Origin: an uncultured Methylomirabilota bacterium
GTDB lineage: Bacteria; Methylomirabilota; Methylomirabilia; CAVQYV01
Reading direction: 5' to 3'
Length of the DNA stretch: 64,000 bases
Assembly (NCBI GenBank): GCA_963718295.1
Contig: CAVQYV010000008.1
Coordinates: forward strand, 11,442-75,441
Within the stretch, counting starts at the first letter, position 1. Every line of letters begins with the position of its first letter. Positions 43,935 through 56,804 of the stretch are shown here, in pieces. The notes under the pieces are model-generated. The model saw only the letters and a program-made list of their open reading frames with translations, made no database searches and had not been told where the DNA came from. Position numbers and translations under genes: made by a program.

Positions 43935-45395
43935 CTACTGCTTCAATCGCTCCTGGAGCAACTGATTCACCAAGGCCGGATTTGCCTTCCCCCGGGAGGC
44001 CTTCATCACCTGGCCCACCAGGAAGGTAAAGCTCTTCTCTTTTCCTGCCCGATACTCCGCCACCGGCTCCGGATTGGCGGCGATGACCTCGTCGATGATC
44101 CGAGTTAGCTCCCCCTGGTCGGAGATCTGGGTGAGGGCCTTCTCTTTCACGATCTGGGGCGCGGATTTCCCCGTCTGATACATCTCCTCGAAGACAGCCT
44201 TCGCGATCTTGCCGCTGATGGCGCCCTGCTCCATCAGGCCTAACATCTCCGCCAGCGCCGGGGGGGCGATGGGACTTTCCTCGATGCTTTTTCCTTCCTT
44301 GTTGAGCTGGCCCCAGAGCTCCACCATCACCCAGTTGGAGACCAGCTTGGGCTGAGGGTGAAGCCTCACGCAGTCCTCATAGTAGTCGGCTGTTGCCTTG
44401 GAAGCGGTGAGGACCCCCGCATCATAATCCGGGATGCCAAACTCCTGTACAAAGCGGGCCCTTCGCCCCTGGGGAAGTTCGGGCATCTTCTCTTGGATCT
44501 CCTCCACCCAGGAGGCCGGGATGCGGAGGGGGACCAGATCGGGCTCGGGAAAGTAGCGATAATCGTGGGCCTCCTCCTTGCTGCGCATGGGGACGGTCAC
44601 TCCTGCCTGTGCATCGAAGAGGCGCGTCTCCTGGACCACCCTTCCTCCCTCGGCCAGCAGCTCGATCTGGCGGGCGATCTCGTACTCCAGCGCCCTCTGG
44701 ATCGCCCGAAAGGAATTCATGTTCTTGACCTCAGCCTTGGTGCCCAACTGAGCGGAGCCCTTGGGCCGCACCGAGACATTGGCATCGCACCGCAGCGAGC
44801 CCTCCTCCATGTTCCCGTCGCAGACCTCCAGGTATTCGAGGATGGCCTTGATCACGGCCAGATACTCCTTTGCCTCCTCCGGGGTGCAAAGGTCCGGCTC
44901 GCTCACGATCTCGATCAGCGGGACGCCACAGCGATTGAAGTCCACGAAACTTGAATCCAGGTTTGGGCCATCGAGGACTCCTTCGTGAACCAGCTTTCCC
45001 GCATCTTCCTCCAGGTGAATCCGGGTGATCCCAATGCGCTTTCTCTCGCCCTTGATATCGATTTCCAAGTGTCCCCCATAGGAGAGGGGCTGTTCATACT
45101 GAGAGATCTGATAGTTCTTGGGGAGATCGGGATAGAAGTAGTTCTTGCGGGCGAAGCGACAGAAGGGAGCGATCTGGCAGTTCATGGCCAGGGCCGCCCG
45201 CAAAGCGAACTCCACCGCCTGCCGATTCAGCACCGGCAGCACCCCCGGCATCCCCTGACAGATGGGACAGGTCTGGACATTGGGGGCTGCGCCGAACTGG
45301 GTGCTGCACCCGCAGAAGATCTTGGATCGGGTCAACAGGTGGGCATGCACCTCCAACCCAATCACTGCCTCATATTCCGCATTTTGGCTCCTCAA
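43935..45395 (-). CDS. gatB: Asp/Glu-tRNA amidotransferase subunit B
   Basis: [23 protein letters not shown]...; full-length GatB pattern. Confidence 0.95.
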   Translation of the reverse strand: MRSQNAEYEAVIGLEVHAHLLTRSKIFCGCSTQFGAAPNVQTCPICQGMPGVLPVLNRQAVEFALRAALAMNCQIAPFCRFARKNYFYPDLPKNYQISQYEQPLSYGGHLEIDIKGERKRIGITRIHLEEDAGKLVHEGVLDGPNLDSSFVDFNRCGVPLIEIVSEPDLCTPEEAKEYLAVIKAILEYLEVCDGNMEEGSLRCDANVSVRPKGSAQLGTKAEVKNMNSFRAIQRALEYEIARQIELLAEGGRVVQETRLFDAQAGVTVPMRSKEEAHDYRYFPEPDLVPLRIPASWVEEIQEKMPELPQGRRARFVQEFGIPDYDAGVLTASKATADYYEDCVRLHPQPKLVSNWVMVELWGQLNKEGKSIEESPIAPPALAEMLGLMEQGAISGKIAKAVFEEMYQTGKSAPQIVKEKALTQISDQGELTRIIDEVIAANPEPVAEYRAGKEKSFTFLVGQVMKASRGKANPALVNQLLQERLKQ

Positions 45396-45480
45396 CTGTT
45401 TCCTTCCAATCCTCTCAGACTAAAGAAGAGATGATTCAAAGAATGCCTGTCAGGGCGTGAGTCCCCATCCCTGGTGGCCT

Positions 45481-45948
45481 CTACCCCAGAGTCCTGATGG
45501 CTTCCAATTGGGCGATGTACGGGTCGGAGAGGTCGTGCTCCTCGGCGCCGCTGATCAGCTTTTCCATGTATCGGCGGGAGGGAGGATAATCGCCTGTGCT
45601 GATGGCGAAGTAGGTAAAGGCCTTCACTTTCTCCCCGGCGAAGGTCTCCACCGTGACTGGCTGGCGAAGGGAAGACCGAGGGTGGTCTTCGACCTGATCC
45701 AGGATCTTCTGATCCGCCTCGCCCACTTCATAGAGGACCCCCTCTGCCACCTTGCCCGGGGCCGACTTCAACCCTGCCATCCCTCCTCCCCAGAGATCGG
45801 AGCGGCGCGGGAAGATCAGTTGGTAACCATGCAGGCGGGCCGCGGAGCGGAAGTGGCTCTCCTTGCAGAGTCGCTTCATCGAGGCTCTCTCCATCAGAGG
45901 ACCGTAAGCAAAGTAGAGCATCAGAGGGCCGGCCTCCGCCGATGCCAT
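45481..45948 (-). CDS. gamma-glutamylcyclotransferase (AIG2/GGACT-like) family protein
   Basis: [19 protein letters not shown]-terminal motif. Overlaps the gatA 3' end by 28 nt. Confidence 0.7.
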   Translation of the reverse strand: MASAEAGPLMLYFAYGPLMERASMKRLCKESHFRSAARLHGYQLIFPRRSDLWGGGMAGLKSAPGKVAEGVLYEVGEADQKILDQVEDHPRSSLRQPVTVETFAGEKVKAFTYFAISTGDYPPSRRYMEKLISGAEEHDLSDPYIAQLEAIRTLG

Positions 45949-47381
45949 TCGGTCGCCTGCTGGAAGGCATGCGCCACGCGCAGGACCTTTTCCTCATCGA
46001 AGGGCTTGCCCAGAATCTGCAGGCCGATGGGCAGGCCATCTTTGCTGAGTCCGCAAGGGATGGAGATCCCTGGCAGCCCCGCCAGATTGCAGGGGATGGT
46101 GAAGATGTCCGAGAGATACATCTGTAAGGGATCATCCATCTTCTCCCCGATGCGGAAAGCGGGGGTCGGTGCGGTAGGGGTGATCAGGACATCAAAACGC
46201 TGGAAGGCCTGATCGAAATCCTGGCGGATCAGGGTCCTCACCTTCTGCGCCTTCAGGTAGTAGGCGTCATAGTAGCCCGAGCTGAGGGCGTAGGTACCCA
46301 ACATGATGCGCCGCTTCACCTCCGCCCCAAAGCCCTCGGCACGGGTCGAGCTGTACATGTCCAGCAGGTCAGCAGGTTTGGGACTTCGATAGCCGTACTT
46401 GACCCCATCGTACCGCGCCAGATTGGAGCTGGCTTCCGCGGTGGCGACCAGATAATAGACGGCCACCGCGTATTCGGTATGAGGCAGGGAGACCTCCTCG
46501 CAGCCGGCCCCCAACTCCTCCAGCACTCCGATCGCCTTCTCGATGGAGGCCTTGACCCCCGGGTCCATGCCCTCGACAAAATACTCCGCCGGGACCCCGA
46601 GCCGAAACCCCCTCACCTCCGGCAACAAGGACCGGGTGAAGTCCGGAACTGCCATATTCACGGAGGTCGAGTCCTGAGGATCGTGGCCGCAGATCGCATT
46701 GAGCAGGAGGGCACAGTCTTCCGCATCCTGGCTGAAAGGCCCGATCTGGTCCAAGGAAGAGGCGAAGGCCACCAGCCCGAAACGGGAGACCCTGCCATAG
46801 GTGGGCTTCATGCCGGTCACCCCGCACAGGGAGGCGGGCTGGCGAATGGAGCCCCCCGTATCCGATCCCAGGGCGGCAATCGCCTCGCCTGCGGCCACCG
46901 CCGCCGCCGATCCTCCACTGGATCCTCCGGGCACGCGATCCAGATCCCAGGGATTCCTGGTGGTGAAGAAACCTGAGTTCTCGGTGGAAGAGCCCATGGC
47001 GAATTCATCCATGTTGGTCTTGCCCAAAAAGACCGCCTTCTCTTCTTTCAGTCGGCGGACGACCGTGGCATCATAGGGGGGGACGAAATCCTGGAGGATC
47101 TTCGAGGAACAGGTGGTATTCGTCCCCTGGGTGCAGAGGAGGTCCTTGAGGGCCAGAGGGATGCCGGCAAGGGGTGAAATCGAGTTGCCCCTGGCGATCT
47201 CCTCATCCACGGCCTTGGCCTGGGCCAATGCCGCCTCCGGCATCACCTTGACATAGGCTTTCACCCTCTCCTCTACCGCTTCGATCCTCTGGAGGACCGA
47301 GCGGGTGATTTCCTCCGAGGAAACCTCTCTCTTGTGCAGAAGTCGGTGTAATGCATGGATGCTCATCTGGTAAAGTTCCAC
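45921..47381 (-). CDS. gatA: Glu-tRNA(Gln) amidotransferase subunit A
   Basis: Amidase signature [12 protein letters not shown]...[12 protein letters not shown]. Confidence 0.95.
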   Translation of the reverse strand: MELYQMSIHALHRLLHKREVSSEEITRSVLQRIEAVEERVKAYVKVMPEAALAQAKAVDEEIARGNSISPLAGIPLALKDLLCTQGTNTTCSSKILQDFVPPYDATVVRRLKEEKAVFLGKTNMDEFAMGSSTENSGFFTTRNPWDLDRVPGGSSGGSAAAVAAGEAIAALGSDTGGSIRQPASLCGVTGMKPTYGRVSRFGLVAFASSLDQIGPFSQDAEDCALLLNAICGHDPQDSTSVNMAVPDFTRSLLPEVRGFRLGVPAEYFVEGMDPGVKASIEKAIGVLEELGAGCEEVSLPHTEYAVAVYYLVATAEASSNLARYDGVKYGYRSPKPADLLDMYSSTRAEGFGAEVKRRIMLGTYALSSGYYDAYYLKAQKVRTLIRQDFDQAFQRFDVLITPTAPTPAFRIGEKMDDPLQMYLSDIFTIPCNLAGLPGISIPCGLSKDGLPIGLQILGKPFDEEKVLRVAHAFQQATEWHRRRPAL

Positions 47382-47394
47382 CTGTGTCTGCCGC

Positions 47395-47682
47395 CTATTC
47401 TATGATCCGGGGGACCTGGAAGAAGCCGTCAGCCCGCTCCGGGGCATTGGCCAGCGCAGCCTCCCTCGGCAGAGAGGGTTGAACCTGATCCTCTCGAAAG
47501 ACATTGACCAGATCCAGGACATGGTAGGTGGGCTCGACCTCGGAGGTATCCAGCTCGTTCAGCTTGTCGATGTAGGTGAGGATGGCATTGAGCTGGTCGG
47601 TGAACTTCTCCAGTTCCCCTTCATCGAAGCGAAGGCGAGCCAGATTGGCAACATGTTTCACCTCATCCCTGCTGATCTTCAT
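47395..47682 (-). CDS. gatC: Asp/Glu-tRNA amidotransferase subunit C
   Basis: [39 protein letters not shown]. Confidence 0.9.
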   Translation of the reverse strand: MKISRDEVKHVANLARLRFDEGELEKFTDQLNAILTYIDKLNELDTSEVEPTYHVLDLVNVFREDQVQPSLPREAALANAPERADGFFQVPRIIE

Positions 47683-47744
47683 GCTCTTCTTCCCGTCGGC
47701 CCTCGCTGAGATTTCGCCGTATCCGCCTTCACTGCGCCTTCCCC

Positions 47745-50012
47745 TCAGACCCTCTCCAGATTTGCAAACTTTACCGCCAGTCTTTTCTTCCCCGCCTTGC
47801 GGAAAGAGACGGTCACCTTCATCTCTTCCCCTTCTCCGATGCGCTCCTGAATCTTTCCAATTCCAAATTCGGGATGGCGGACCAGGATGCCAGGCCGCAA
47901 AAAGCTACTTCCCGGCTCCGGCTCATCCGAGAACTCCTCGTACCTGGGCATGGGTTGGGGCATGGATTCGACATCCCTCATCAGCCGGCGAACTACCTCC
48001 CTGTCTTCCCGGGCCTTGGGCCTCTGCCGCTCTATCTTGATGATCGATCCCTCGGGTATCTCTTCCAGAAAACGGGAGGGGAGACTAAAACCTTCCGTCC
48101 CATACACCCGCCGGCTTCCCGCGGAGATCAGGTAGAGGCGCTTTTGGGCGCGGGTCATACCCACATAGCAGAGCCTCCGCTCTTCCTCCAGTTCTGCCTC
48201 ATCCGACAGAGATCGGGAGTGAGGGAAGATCCCTTCCTCCATACCCGCTATGAAGACGATGGGAAACTCCAAGCCCTTGGCCGAGTGAAGGGTCATGAGG
48301 GTGACGGCTCCCTGTTCCCTCCCCAGGGCATCCGTATCGGTGATTAAAGTTACGCTGTCCAAGAAGGCCTGTAGGCTGGAGTCTCCCGAAGCGACAGCGA
48401 AATCGCGGCTGGCCTCCACCAGCTCCCGCAGATTTTCGATCCGGGATTGGGCCTCTTCCGTTCCCTCCTCCGCCAGTTCCTTCTGGTATCCTGTCTCCTC
48501 CAGAATCCGGGAAATCAAATCGGGAACCTCGAGGGAGGAGGCAGCATTCCGCAGGCGGGAGACCAGATCACAGAAATCGCGCAGCGCAAATCGACGCCGC
48601 ATGGAGGAAAGTCCATCGCTGCTCGCGACCTCGCAGGCCTTCGCCAGGGAGATCCCCTGCTCGCGGGCCAGATCTTCGATCCGGGTGACCGTGCCCTCCC
48701 CGATGCGCCGAGCCGGGGTGTTGATGATGCGCTTCAAGGCGGAGGCATCAACCGGATTGAGAAGGAATCGCAGGTAGGCCAACATATCCTTGACCTCTCT
48801 GCGCTCGTAAAAACGTACCCCCCCGATGATAACGTAGGGGAGGCTTTGGCGGCGCATCTCCTCCTCGATCACCCGAGACTGGGCATGGGTCCGATACAGG
48901 ATCGCAAATCCATCGTATCCGCACCCCTCCTCCAAACAAAGCCTCTTGATGGTCTGGCCGATGAAGGAGGCCTCATCGTGTTCGTCCCCGGCCATATAGA
49001 GGACGGGAGTCTCGCCCTTCTCGTTCTTGGTCCAGAGGGCTTTCCCCCTCCTTTCCTTATTCTGGGAGATCAGGGAGGAGGCGACCTGAAGGATCCTCTG
49101 GGTAGAACGGTAGTTTTGCTCCAGCCGGATCACCCTGCAGCTCGGATAATCCTCTTCGAAGCTCAGGATATTGCGGATATCTGCACCCCTCCAGCGATAG
49201 ATCGATTGGTCATCATCCCCAACCACGCACAGGTTTTGATTTTTGGCGGCCAAGAGGCCGATGATGCGGTACTGGGCATGGTTGGTATCCTGATACTCAT
49301 CCACCAGGATGTACTGCCACAAGTCCTGATAGGACTCCAGGATTTGCGGTTGCTGGTGAAAGAGAAGGGCTACTGCCATCAGGAGGTCATCAAAATCGAG
49401 GGCATGGGAGGCGGCAAGCTTCTCCTGGTAGCGGGCATAGGCTTGCGCTGTCCTCTCGGAGTAGGTATCGCGGACCAGGAGGGCATAGTCGTTGGGGCCG
49501 TAGAGCTCATTCTTGGCCTGGCTGATCCGAGAGAGCACGGCACGGGGGTTCATGGTCTTCTCGGAGATGTCCATCTCCTTCAGACACTCCCTTACCACCG
49601 ACAGCTGATCCGCCTCATCGAAGATCACGAAATTCGAATTGTGGCCCAAAAGGTGGCTGTGCTGACGGAGTATCCGTAAACAGGTGGAGTGAAAGGTCCC
49701 GATCCAAGGACCGTTCGGTCGTGAATTCCAGGCCGAGGGCTTTCCCAGAGGGATTTCCAGAAAGAAGGAGGCCCGAGACCGCATCTCCTCGGCGGCCTTA
49801 TTGGTAAAGGTCACGGCCAGGATGTTCCAGGGCTTCACCCCCCGCACACCTGCCAGATAAGCAATGCGGTGGGCGATCACCCGGGTCTTCCCCGATCCCG
49901 CCCCCGCCAGGATCAGGAGTGGACCTTGCCCATGCAGGACTGCCTCCCGCTGCCGGGGGTTCAGACGGTCTAACAGGGAGTCCTTGTCTCTCTTTATCCG
50001 CGGCCGGTCCAA
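47745..50012 (-). CDS. pcrA: UvrD/PcrA-family ATP-dependent DNA helicase
   Basis: LNPRQREAVLHGQGPLLILAGAGSGKTRV, VDEYQDTN and a C-terminal Tudor-like tail. Confidence 0.88.
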   Translation of the reverse strand: MDRPRIKRDKDSLLDRLNPRQREAVLHGQGPLLILAGAGSGKTRVIAHRIAYLAGVRGVKPWNILAVTFTNKAAEEMRSRASFFLEIPLGKPSAWNSRPNGPWIGTFHSTCLRILRQHSHLLGHNSNFVIFDEADQLSVVRECLKEMDISEKTMNPRAVLSRISQAKNELYGPNDYALLVRDTYSERTAQAYARYQEKLAASHALDFDDLLMAVALLFHQQPQILESYQDLWQYILVDEYQDTNHAQYRIIGLLAAKNQNLCVVGDDDQSIYRWRGADIRNILSFEEDYPSCRVIRLEQNYRSTQRILQVASSLISQNKERRGKALWTKNEKGETPVLYMAGDEHDEASFIGQTIKRLCLEEGCGYDGFAILYRTHAQSRVIEEEMRRQSLPYVIIGGVRFYERREVKDMLAYLRFLLNPVDASALKRIINTPARRIGEGTVTRIEDLAREQGISLAKACEVASSDGLSSMRRRFALRDFCDLVSRLRNAASSLEVPDLISRILEETGYQKELAEEGTEEAQSRIENLRELVEASRDFAVASGDSSLQAFLDSVTLITDTDALGREQGAVTLMTLHSAKGLEFPIVFIAGMEEGIFPHSRSLSDEAELEEERRLCYVGMTRAQKRLYLISAGSRRVYGTEGFSLPSRFLEEIPEGSIIKIERQRPKAREDREVVRRLMRDVESMPQPMPRYEEFSDEPEPGSSFLRPGILVRHPEFGIGKIQERIGEGEEMKVTVSFRKAGKKRLAVKFANLERV

Positions 50013-51103
50013 AGGTATCTCCGCATTCGGATATTGAGGAGCAAACCGAGAGAGGTCATGGTCATGAACATCGAAGTCCCCCCATAACTCATCAGGGGGA
50101 GGGGGATGCCCACCACTGGCATCAGGCCGGTGACCATCCCGATGTTCACCACGACCTGAAAGGTGATGATGGTCACGATGCCGCTAGCCAGGAGGGCAGA
50201 GTAGAGATCCCTCGCCTGCCGGGCGATCAGGAAGGCCCGCGATATGACCAGGAGATAGAGAGAGAGGATCAGCAGCGATCCCATAAGCCCAAACTGCTCG
50301 GCCGAGACCGCGAAGACGAAGTCCGTATGGTGTTCCGGTAGAAAATTCAGTTGGCTCTGACTCGCAGACAACCAACCCTTTCCCGAGAGCTTGCCGGAGC
50401 CCACTGCGATCTGTGATTGTATGATATGGTATCCGGCCCCCAGGGGATCATGCTGAGGGTTCAAGAAGGTGATGATCCTCTCTTTTTGGTAGTCTCGGAG
50501 GAGGGTCCAGAGGAAGGGAAATGCAAACAGAGCGAGTACGGTAGAGGAGATCACATACCTCCAGGGCACACCGTAGAGAAGCAGCAGAACCAGACTGGTG
50601 AAAAGGAGCACCAATGCAGTTCCCAGGTCAGGCTGACGGAGGACGAAGAGGACAGGCGTGAAGATGAAAAAGGCGGGAAGGAGAAGATCCCTGGGCCGTC
50701 GGATCGCCTCCCCCCTATCGGCCAGGTACTTGGCCAGGGCCAGCATCAAGGCTATCTTCATGAACTCGGATGGCTGAAAGGAGAGAGGTCCGAGGGCGAT
50801 CCAACGTTGGGCCCCCATTCCCGTCCTCCCCTTTAGCGCCACCAAGACGAGGCAGGCCAGGGCAACCCCATAGATACCGTAGGAGAAGCGGGCAATGGTC
50901 CTCCAGTTCACGCTGATTGCCACCAGGAGGCCAAAGAGCCCGAACAGGATCCATAACAGTTGTTTGAAGTGAATCATCCTCCGCCAGGAGGAGTCGGCCA
51001 TGCCCTCGGTGCTATAAATCATGGCTACTCCGAGCAGGGCGAGCAGTACTGCCGAGCCGATGAGGATCCAATCGATTTGGGGGAAAACCCTTCTATCCAG
51101 CAT
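49994..51103 (-). CDS. rodA: SEDS-family peptidoglycan polymerase RodA
   Basis: FtsW/RodA/SpoVE pattern (QPSEFMKIALMLALAKYL, PEHHTDFVFA, GIPLPLMSYGGTS). Confidence 0.9.
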   Translation of the reverse strand: MLDRRVFPQIDWILIGSAVLLALLGVAMIYSTEGMADSSWRRMIHFKQLLWILFGLFGLLVAISVNWRTIARFSYGIYGVALACLVLVALKGRTGMGAQRWIALGPLSFQPSEFMKIALMLALAKYLADRGEAIRRPRDLLLPAFFIFTPVLFVLRQPDLGTALVLLFTSLVLLLLYGVPWRYVISSTVLALFAFPFLWTLLRDYQKERIITFLNPQHDPLGAGYHIIQSQIAVGSGKLSGKGWLSASQSQLNFLPEHHTDFVFAVSAEQFGLMGSLLILSLYLLVISRAFLIARQARDLYSALLASGIVTIITFQVVVNIGMVTGLMPVVGIPLPLMSYGGTSMFMTMTSLGLLLNIRMRRYLWTGRG

Positions 51104-52987
51104 CTACCGGCGAATCCTTTCCCCTGCGGGATCCAGGGAGGAGACCTCGGCAGAACGGGCCTGGGTCCCCGGACTGGGGGGACTGGAAAGGAAAACTCCC
51201 TCCAAGATGTGCCTGGCAACCTGGGCGGCGGCAACCCCCCCGAATCCTCCGTGCTCGACCAGGACCACGATCGCCAGCGTTGGGTCGGTCTCAGGGGCAA
51301 AACAGGTAAACCACGCATGATCCATTACACTCCTCTCCCGCCTTCCGGATCGATCCGAAGATCTCGAGACCACCTGTGCGGTTGAGGTCTTACCGCAGAC
51401 CCCCAGCCCCTCGACTTTGGCCAGACCTCCCGTCCCGCCCTCATTGACAGCTGTCCACATCCCCTTGCGCACCGCAGATAGGATATCCGCCGGAAGGCCG
51501 ATATCCCGGATCACCTCCGCCTCATACTTCTCCACCCAGTCGCCATCCGGGTTCACGATCTCTTTCACCACCATGGGCCGGAAAAGGCGTCCCCCGTTGG
51601 CAATGGCGGAGGTCATCTGGAGAATCTGCAGGGGAGTCGCGGCAATCATTCCCTGACCAATGCCCGCCTGGATCGTATTTCCCAGGTACCACTTCTCCCG
51701 CTTCACTTTCTTCTTCCACTCCGGAGTCGGAACCAACCCGCGAGCTTCCGAACATAGATTTAGGTCCAGGGGCTCTCCGAACCCGAATTCCTTGGCCGTC
51801 CTGGCCAGTTCTTCCATGCCCACGCGCATAGCGACATTATAGAAGAAGACATTGCAGGAGTGGGCGATTGCCTGATTGAGGGAGAGGTTTCCATGTCCCT
51901 CTTTCTTCCAACATCGATACTCGTAGGCCCCCAAGCTGAAGGAACCCTGGCAGAGGAATTTGGTCTCCGGGGTGATGACGCCCTTGCGCAGGCCGGCAAT
52001 GGCGGTGATGAGCTTGAAGATGGAACCGGGAGGATAGGCTGACTGGAGAGCTCGGTTTTGCAGCGGATGATAGGGATTCCTGGTCAGACGGGCCCATTGC
52101 TCGGGGCTGATCCGAGAGGAGAAGAGATTGGGATCATAGGCTGGCTTGCTTACCAGGGCCAGGATCTCCCCATGGCGAGGATCCATGGCCACCACCACCC
52201 CGTTATGCCCCTGGAGGGCCTCCTCTGCCAGCCTTTGAATCTGGGCATCGATGGTCAAGACCACGCTGAATCCGGACTTCGGCTCGATTCGACCCAGGCC
52301 CCGCTTGGCACGGCCCGAGGCATCCACCTCGATCTGCTCGCCCCCCTCTATTCCTCTCAGCAAGGCATCATAGGCTCCTTCGATTCCCCCCTGTCCCAAT
52401 CGATCCCCATGACGAAAATCGCGGTTCTCCTGCCGCGATAGCTGCCTGGGGTTGACCTCGGAGACATAGCCCAAAAGATGGGATGCGAAGTCCCCCCTCG
52501 GGTAGGACCGGAGGGGGCGCAGCTGGAGGATCACGCCTCCCAGCTCATATTTTCTCTCCTGGAGAGCCACCATGGCCACCTCATCCACATCTCGCTTCAC
52601 CAGGATCGGCTCCGAGGGGCGGGCTTTTCCCTCCTCAAGCGCACGGAGAAGCTGAATCGGGTTCACCTTGAGCACCTCGGAAAGCAATCGGCAAATCCCT
52701 TGTGGGTTCTGAACCTCACCCGGTGTCAGCAGGACATCAAAAGAGGGTCGGTTCATCCCCAGGATCTCCCCATTCCGGTCCAGGATCAGCCCTCGGCATC
52801 CCTCCTCGACAAGCAGACGAAGACGATTGCTCCGAGAGAGCCCATCAAACCGGTCACCCTCCAGAACCTGAAGATGCCAGAGTCGAAGCAGCAGGATGAG
52901 AAACACACCTAATGCCAGAATCTGGAAGATCCCAATCCGACGCTGCAGTTCCGGCTGGCTTCTGACCTGTGTATCGCGACTTGCCAT
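51104..52987 (-). CDS. mrdA: penicillin-binding protein 2
   Basis: PBP dimerisation and transpeptidase domains (PPGSIFK with the active Ser, and KTSTAQ). Confidence 0.9.
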   Translation of the reverse strand: MASRDTQVRSQPELQRRIGIFQILALGVFLILLLRLWHLQVLEGDRFDGLSRSNRLRLLVEEGCRGLILDRNGEILGMNRPSFDVLLTPGEVQNPQGICRLLSEVLKVNPIQLLRALEEGKARPSEPILVKRDVDEVAMVALQERKYELGGVILQLRPLRSYPRGDFASHLLGYVSEVNPRQLSRQENRDFRHGDRLGQGGIEGAYDALLRGIEGGEQIEVDASGRAKRGLGRIEPKSGFSVVLTIDAQIQRLAEEALQGHNGVVVAMDPRHGEILALVSKPAYDPNLFSSRISPEQWARLTRNPYHPLQNRALQSAYPPGSIFKLITAIAGLRKGVITPETKFLCQGSFSLGAYEYRCWKKEGHGNLSLNQAIAHSCNVFFYNVAMRVGMEELARTAKEFGFGEPLDLNLCSEARGLVPTPEWKKKVKREKWYLGNTIQAGIGQGMIAATPLQILQMTSAIANGGRLFRPMVVKEIVNPDGDWVEKYEAEVIRDIGLPADILSAVRKGMWTAVNEGGTGGLAKVEGLGVCGKTSTAQVVSRSSDRSGRRERSVMDHAWFTCFAPETDPTLAIVVLVEHGGFGGVAAAQVARHILEGVFLSSPPSPGTQARSAEVSSLDPAGERIRR

Positions 52988-52988
52988 A

Positions 52989-53498
52989 TTATCTTACCTG
53001 CGGATACCTCCACCTGCCGAAGACAGAGAGGATCAGGACCCCCCAGAGTGCAGTGAATAGACTTTCAAGCGAGATCACCCGCAAAAAGGTTTGTCCCAGG
53101 GGACGGGGAATCAAGAAGAAATTGAGAACGAGGAGGCTCGCCAGGCCTGAGATGAGCCCCGCGCCGGAAAGAAGAAGTGTTCGGGTCCAAAAGCTATCCA
53201 ACAGAAGGCCCCTTCTCGCATACCCCAAGAGAAAGCCCACCAGCGAGAAGCCGAAGGCTTTGAATCCCAGGGGAGAGAGGGAGAAGCTGTCCTCCAGAAG
53301 GCCCAACGAGAATCCCATGATCGTGCCCTTTGTCTCACCGCCCCTCAAGCTGAGGTAAGAGACCAATAGGAGGAAGAGGTCGGGCTTGATGTCCCCTATG
53401 GCGAAATAGGGCATCAGCTTCACCTGGACGGCAACCAGAGCCAGGAGGGCGAAAAAAACCAGGATTACCTTTGCTTCAGCCCTGAATCTTCCGGCCAT
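52989..53498 (-). CDS. mreD: rod shape-determining protein MreD
   Basis: Small polytopic membrane protein located between mreC and mrdA. Confidence 0.75.
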   Translation of the reverse strand: MAGRFRAEAKVILVFFALLALVAVQVKLMPYFAIGDIKPDLFLLLVSYLSLRGGETKGTIMGFSLGLLEDSFSLSPLGFKAFGFSLVGFLLGYARRGLLLDSFWTRTLLLSGAGLISGLASLLVLNFFLIPRPLGQTFLRVISLESLFTALWGVLILSVFGRWRYPQVR

Positions 53499-54334
53499 CG
53501 GATCTCAGATCGGGAGGGCTTTGCCAGGATCAACACTTCCTCAATCCGGAATAGGTCCACCCGGGGAAGGATTCGTGCCTCCTGGAACAGAGCGCCCTTT
53601 TTCCTTTCGACTGCAGAAACCGTACCAATGGGGATTCCCTTGGGGCTCAAGCCACCCATGCCGGAGGTGATGATCAGCGCTCCCACTTCGATCTGTGCAT
53701 CTTGGGGTAGGTACTTGAGCCTGCAGTAGGGTCCCACTTCCCCTACCGTCACTCCCGCTACTCGAGTCCCCTGGATCAGGGCACCGGCGGCGTAATTGGG
53801 ATCGGTAATGACTTGAACCCGGCAGGTATGCTCCATGACCTCGGTTACCCTTCCCACCAAGCCTTGGGGACAAAAGACGGTGGTGTTCTTGGACACTCCA
53901 TCGCCAAATCCTTTGTCGAGCAGGATGCTCCGAAACCAATTGCTCGGATCTTTGCCGATCACCCGGGAGGCAATCGTGGGGGCTGGCACGATCGCCCGCA
54001 GCTTCAGAAGCTGATGAAGCCTTTCGTTCTCCCGCTTTGCTTCTGCCAGGAACATCTCCTCCTGCCTCAGGCGGTTGACCTCCTCCTGGAGGGCTTGGTT
54101 CTGCTTTCGGACATGCCTCAGATCTATATATCCACCCCAAATGGAGGTGAAGGCGTCGGAGGTATTTTGAATCCATCCGAGGAACGGGCCGACAACCACC
54201 ATCACCAGCCTCTTTGGCAGACTTGCTTTGACTTCTGAGAGCCTGATTTCGTAGGTAATAAGCAGGAAGGACAGGAGGAGGATGGAAATGAGAACGGAAA
54301 GACCGCGGTGCCTGCGAATCAACCAGAACCTCAA
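53465..54334 (-). CDS. mreC: rod shape-determining protein MreC
   Basis: N-terminal anchor, a coiled-coil (LQEEVNRLRQEEMFLAEAKRENERL) and beta-barrel domains (GLVGRV, VITSGMGG). Confidence 0.85.
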   Translation of the reverse strand: MRFWLIRRHRGLSVLISILLLSFLLITYEIRLSEVKASLPKRLVMVVVGPFLGWIQNTSDAFTSIWGGYIDLRHVRKQNQALQEEVNRLRQEEMFLAEAKRENERLHQLLKLRAIVPAPTIASRVIGKDPSNWFRSILLDKGFGDGVSKNTTVFCPQGLVGRVTEVMEHTCRVQVITDPNYAAGALIQGTRVAGVTVGEVGPYCRLKYLPQDAQIEVGALIITSGMGGLSPKGIPIGTVSAVERKKGALFQEARILPRVDLFRIEEVLILAKPSRSEIRWPEDSGLKQR

Positions 54335-54377
54335 AATGCTGACTTCCCCCGAGCAAGTTTTGGCTCAGCTCGATCTA

Positions 54378-55490
<1,113 letters not shown>

Positions 55491-55644
55491 TCATGTTGGG
55501 TCCATTTCTATTCTGTATCTGAGGATGTTTAACACACTGCGCAGCAAAAAACAAGTCTCTTCCCAAAAATGCATTGCATTCCCTGGCCTTTTGCTCTATT
55601 TTACCTCCGTGAAGTAGGACGAGATAGGGGGAGGAAGTAATCGA

Positions 55645-56655
55645 ATGTTAAAGAGCATGCGAATGAACCTGAAGTCTTTGAGTTTCACCCTATGGTTGGT
55701 CATTTTTGCCTTCATAGGCACTACCTTTCTGGTCTGGGGGATCCGTTCCACGCCCGGTGGAGGCATGGCCAGAGCTGGGATTGTGGCCAACGTGGATAAG
55801 GAACAGATCTCCATGAGCGAATACCAAGAGGCCTATCGAAACCTATACGAGCACTATCGAAAGACTCTGGGAGACAAATTCGATGACCAGACGGTGGAGA
55901 GGATGAAACTAAAGCGGAAGGTCCTCGATGATTTGATCAGCCAACGGCTGATCCAGATCCAGGCGCGGAAGATGAATGTCAGGGTGACCCAAGGGGAATT
56001 GGCGGAGACCATCAAGAATCACCCTGCCTTTGCCGAGGACGGTCAGTTTTCTCGAAAGAGATATCTCGCCCTCCTCGAATACAATCGACTCTCACCGCAG
56101 CAGTATGAGAGAACCCTGGAGCTGGAGATCCTCCTCACCAAGGTGCAAGATCTAATCAAGGACGCAGCCAAGGTGTCGGACGCAGAAGCCAAGGATCTAT
56201 ACTATTTGGCCAGCAACCGGGTGAAGGTGGAGTATCTCGAGCTTCCTTCCAAGGAATTCAAGAAGGAGCAGGTGGAGTCGATCGCGTCCAAGATGCAAGG
56301 GAAAGAAGGGTGGACCAGAGTTGCAGCGGAGATCAAGGTGAAGCCCCGGACCACCGGATACCTCACCTATAACCTGCCCTTCATGGAAGTCCCCGATCCT
56401 GTTCCCTTCATCAAGACGGCCTTTTCCCTGAAGCAAGGAGAGGTGAGTAGTCCAGTGGAGGGCAAAGATCGCTACTACGTTCTCCGTCTGATAGAGATTG
56501 GCCCCGTGAGCGATAAGATATTCCAATCTCCGCAGAAGGAGCTGCTCAAAGGCCAGATCTTGGTGGAGAAGAGAGACCGTCTCTTGAAAGAGTGGCTGGA
56601 GGGAGCCAAGAGGAACTGCAACATCCAGATCGAAGAAAGCCTGATTCAGGGATGA
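55645..56655 (+). CDS. PpiD/SurA-N-terminal-domain periplasmic chaperone-like protein
   Basis: MLKSMRMNLKSLSFTLWLVIFAFIGTTFLVWG anchor followed by a SurA_N-like helical region. Confidence 0.7.
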   Translation: MLKSMRMNLKSLSFTLWLVIFAFIGTTFLVWGIRSTPGGGMARAGIVANVDKEQISMSEYQEAYRNLYEHYRKTLGDKFDDQTVERMKLKRKVLDDLISQRLIQIQARKMNVRVTQGELAETIKNHPAFAEDGQFSRKRYLALLEYNRLSPQQYERTLELEILLTKVQDLIKDAAKVSDAEAKDLYYLASNRVKVEYLELPSKEFKKEQVESIASKMQGKEGWTRVAAEIKVKPRTTGYLTYNLPFMEVPDPVPFIKTAFSLKQGEVSSPVEGKDRYYVLRLIEIGPVSDKIFQSPQKELLKGQILVEKRDRLLKEWLEGAKRNCNIQIEESLIQG

Positions 56656-56759
56656 ATGCAGAAAGGATCGAATGGGGGCCGATAGCCTTTTGATGGCTTC
56701 CATGCGGATGCAGCGCTTGAGGTAGTGAGAGGTGAGGCAGAGAGAGGGATTAGAAAGAA

Positions 56760-56804
56760 AAGGGGTTGCCAGCCATGCTTAAGGCTCACAACCCCTTGAT
56801 TTTT
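56760..56804 (+). terminator. possible rho-independent terminator
   Basis: AAGGGGTTG, a 20-nt loop, CAACCCCTT, then GATTTTT. Confidence 0.4.
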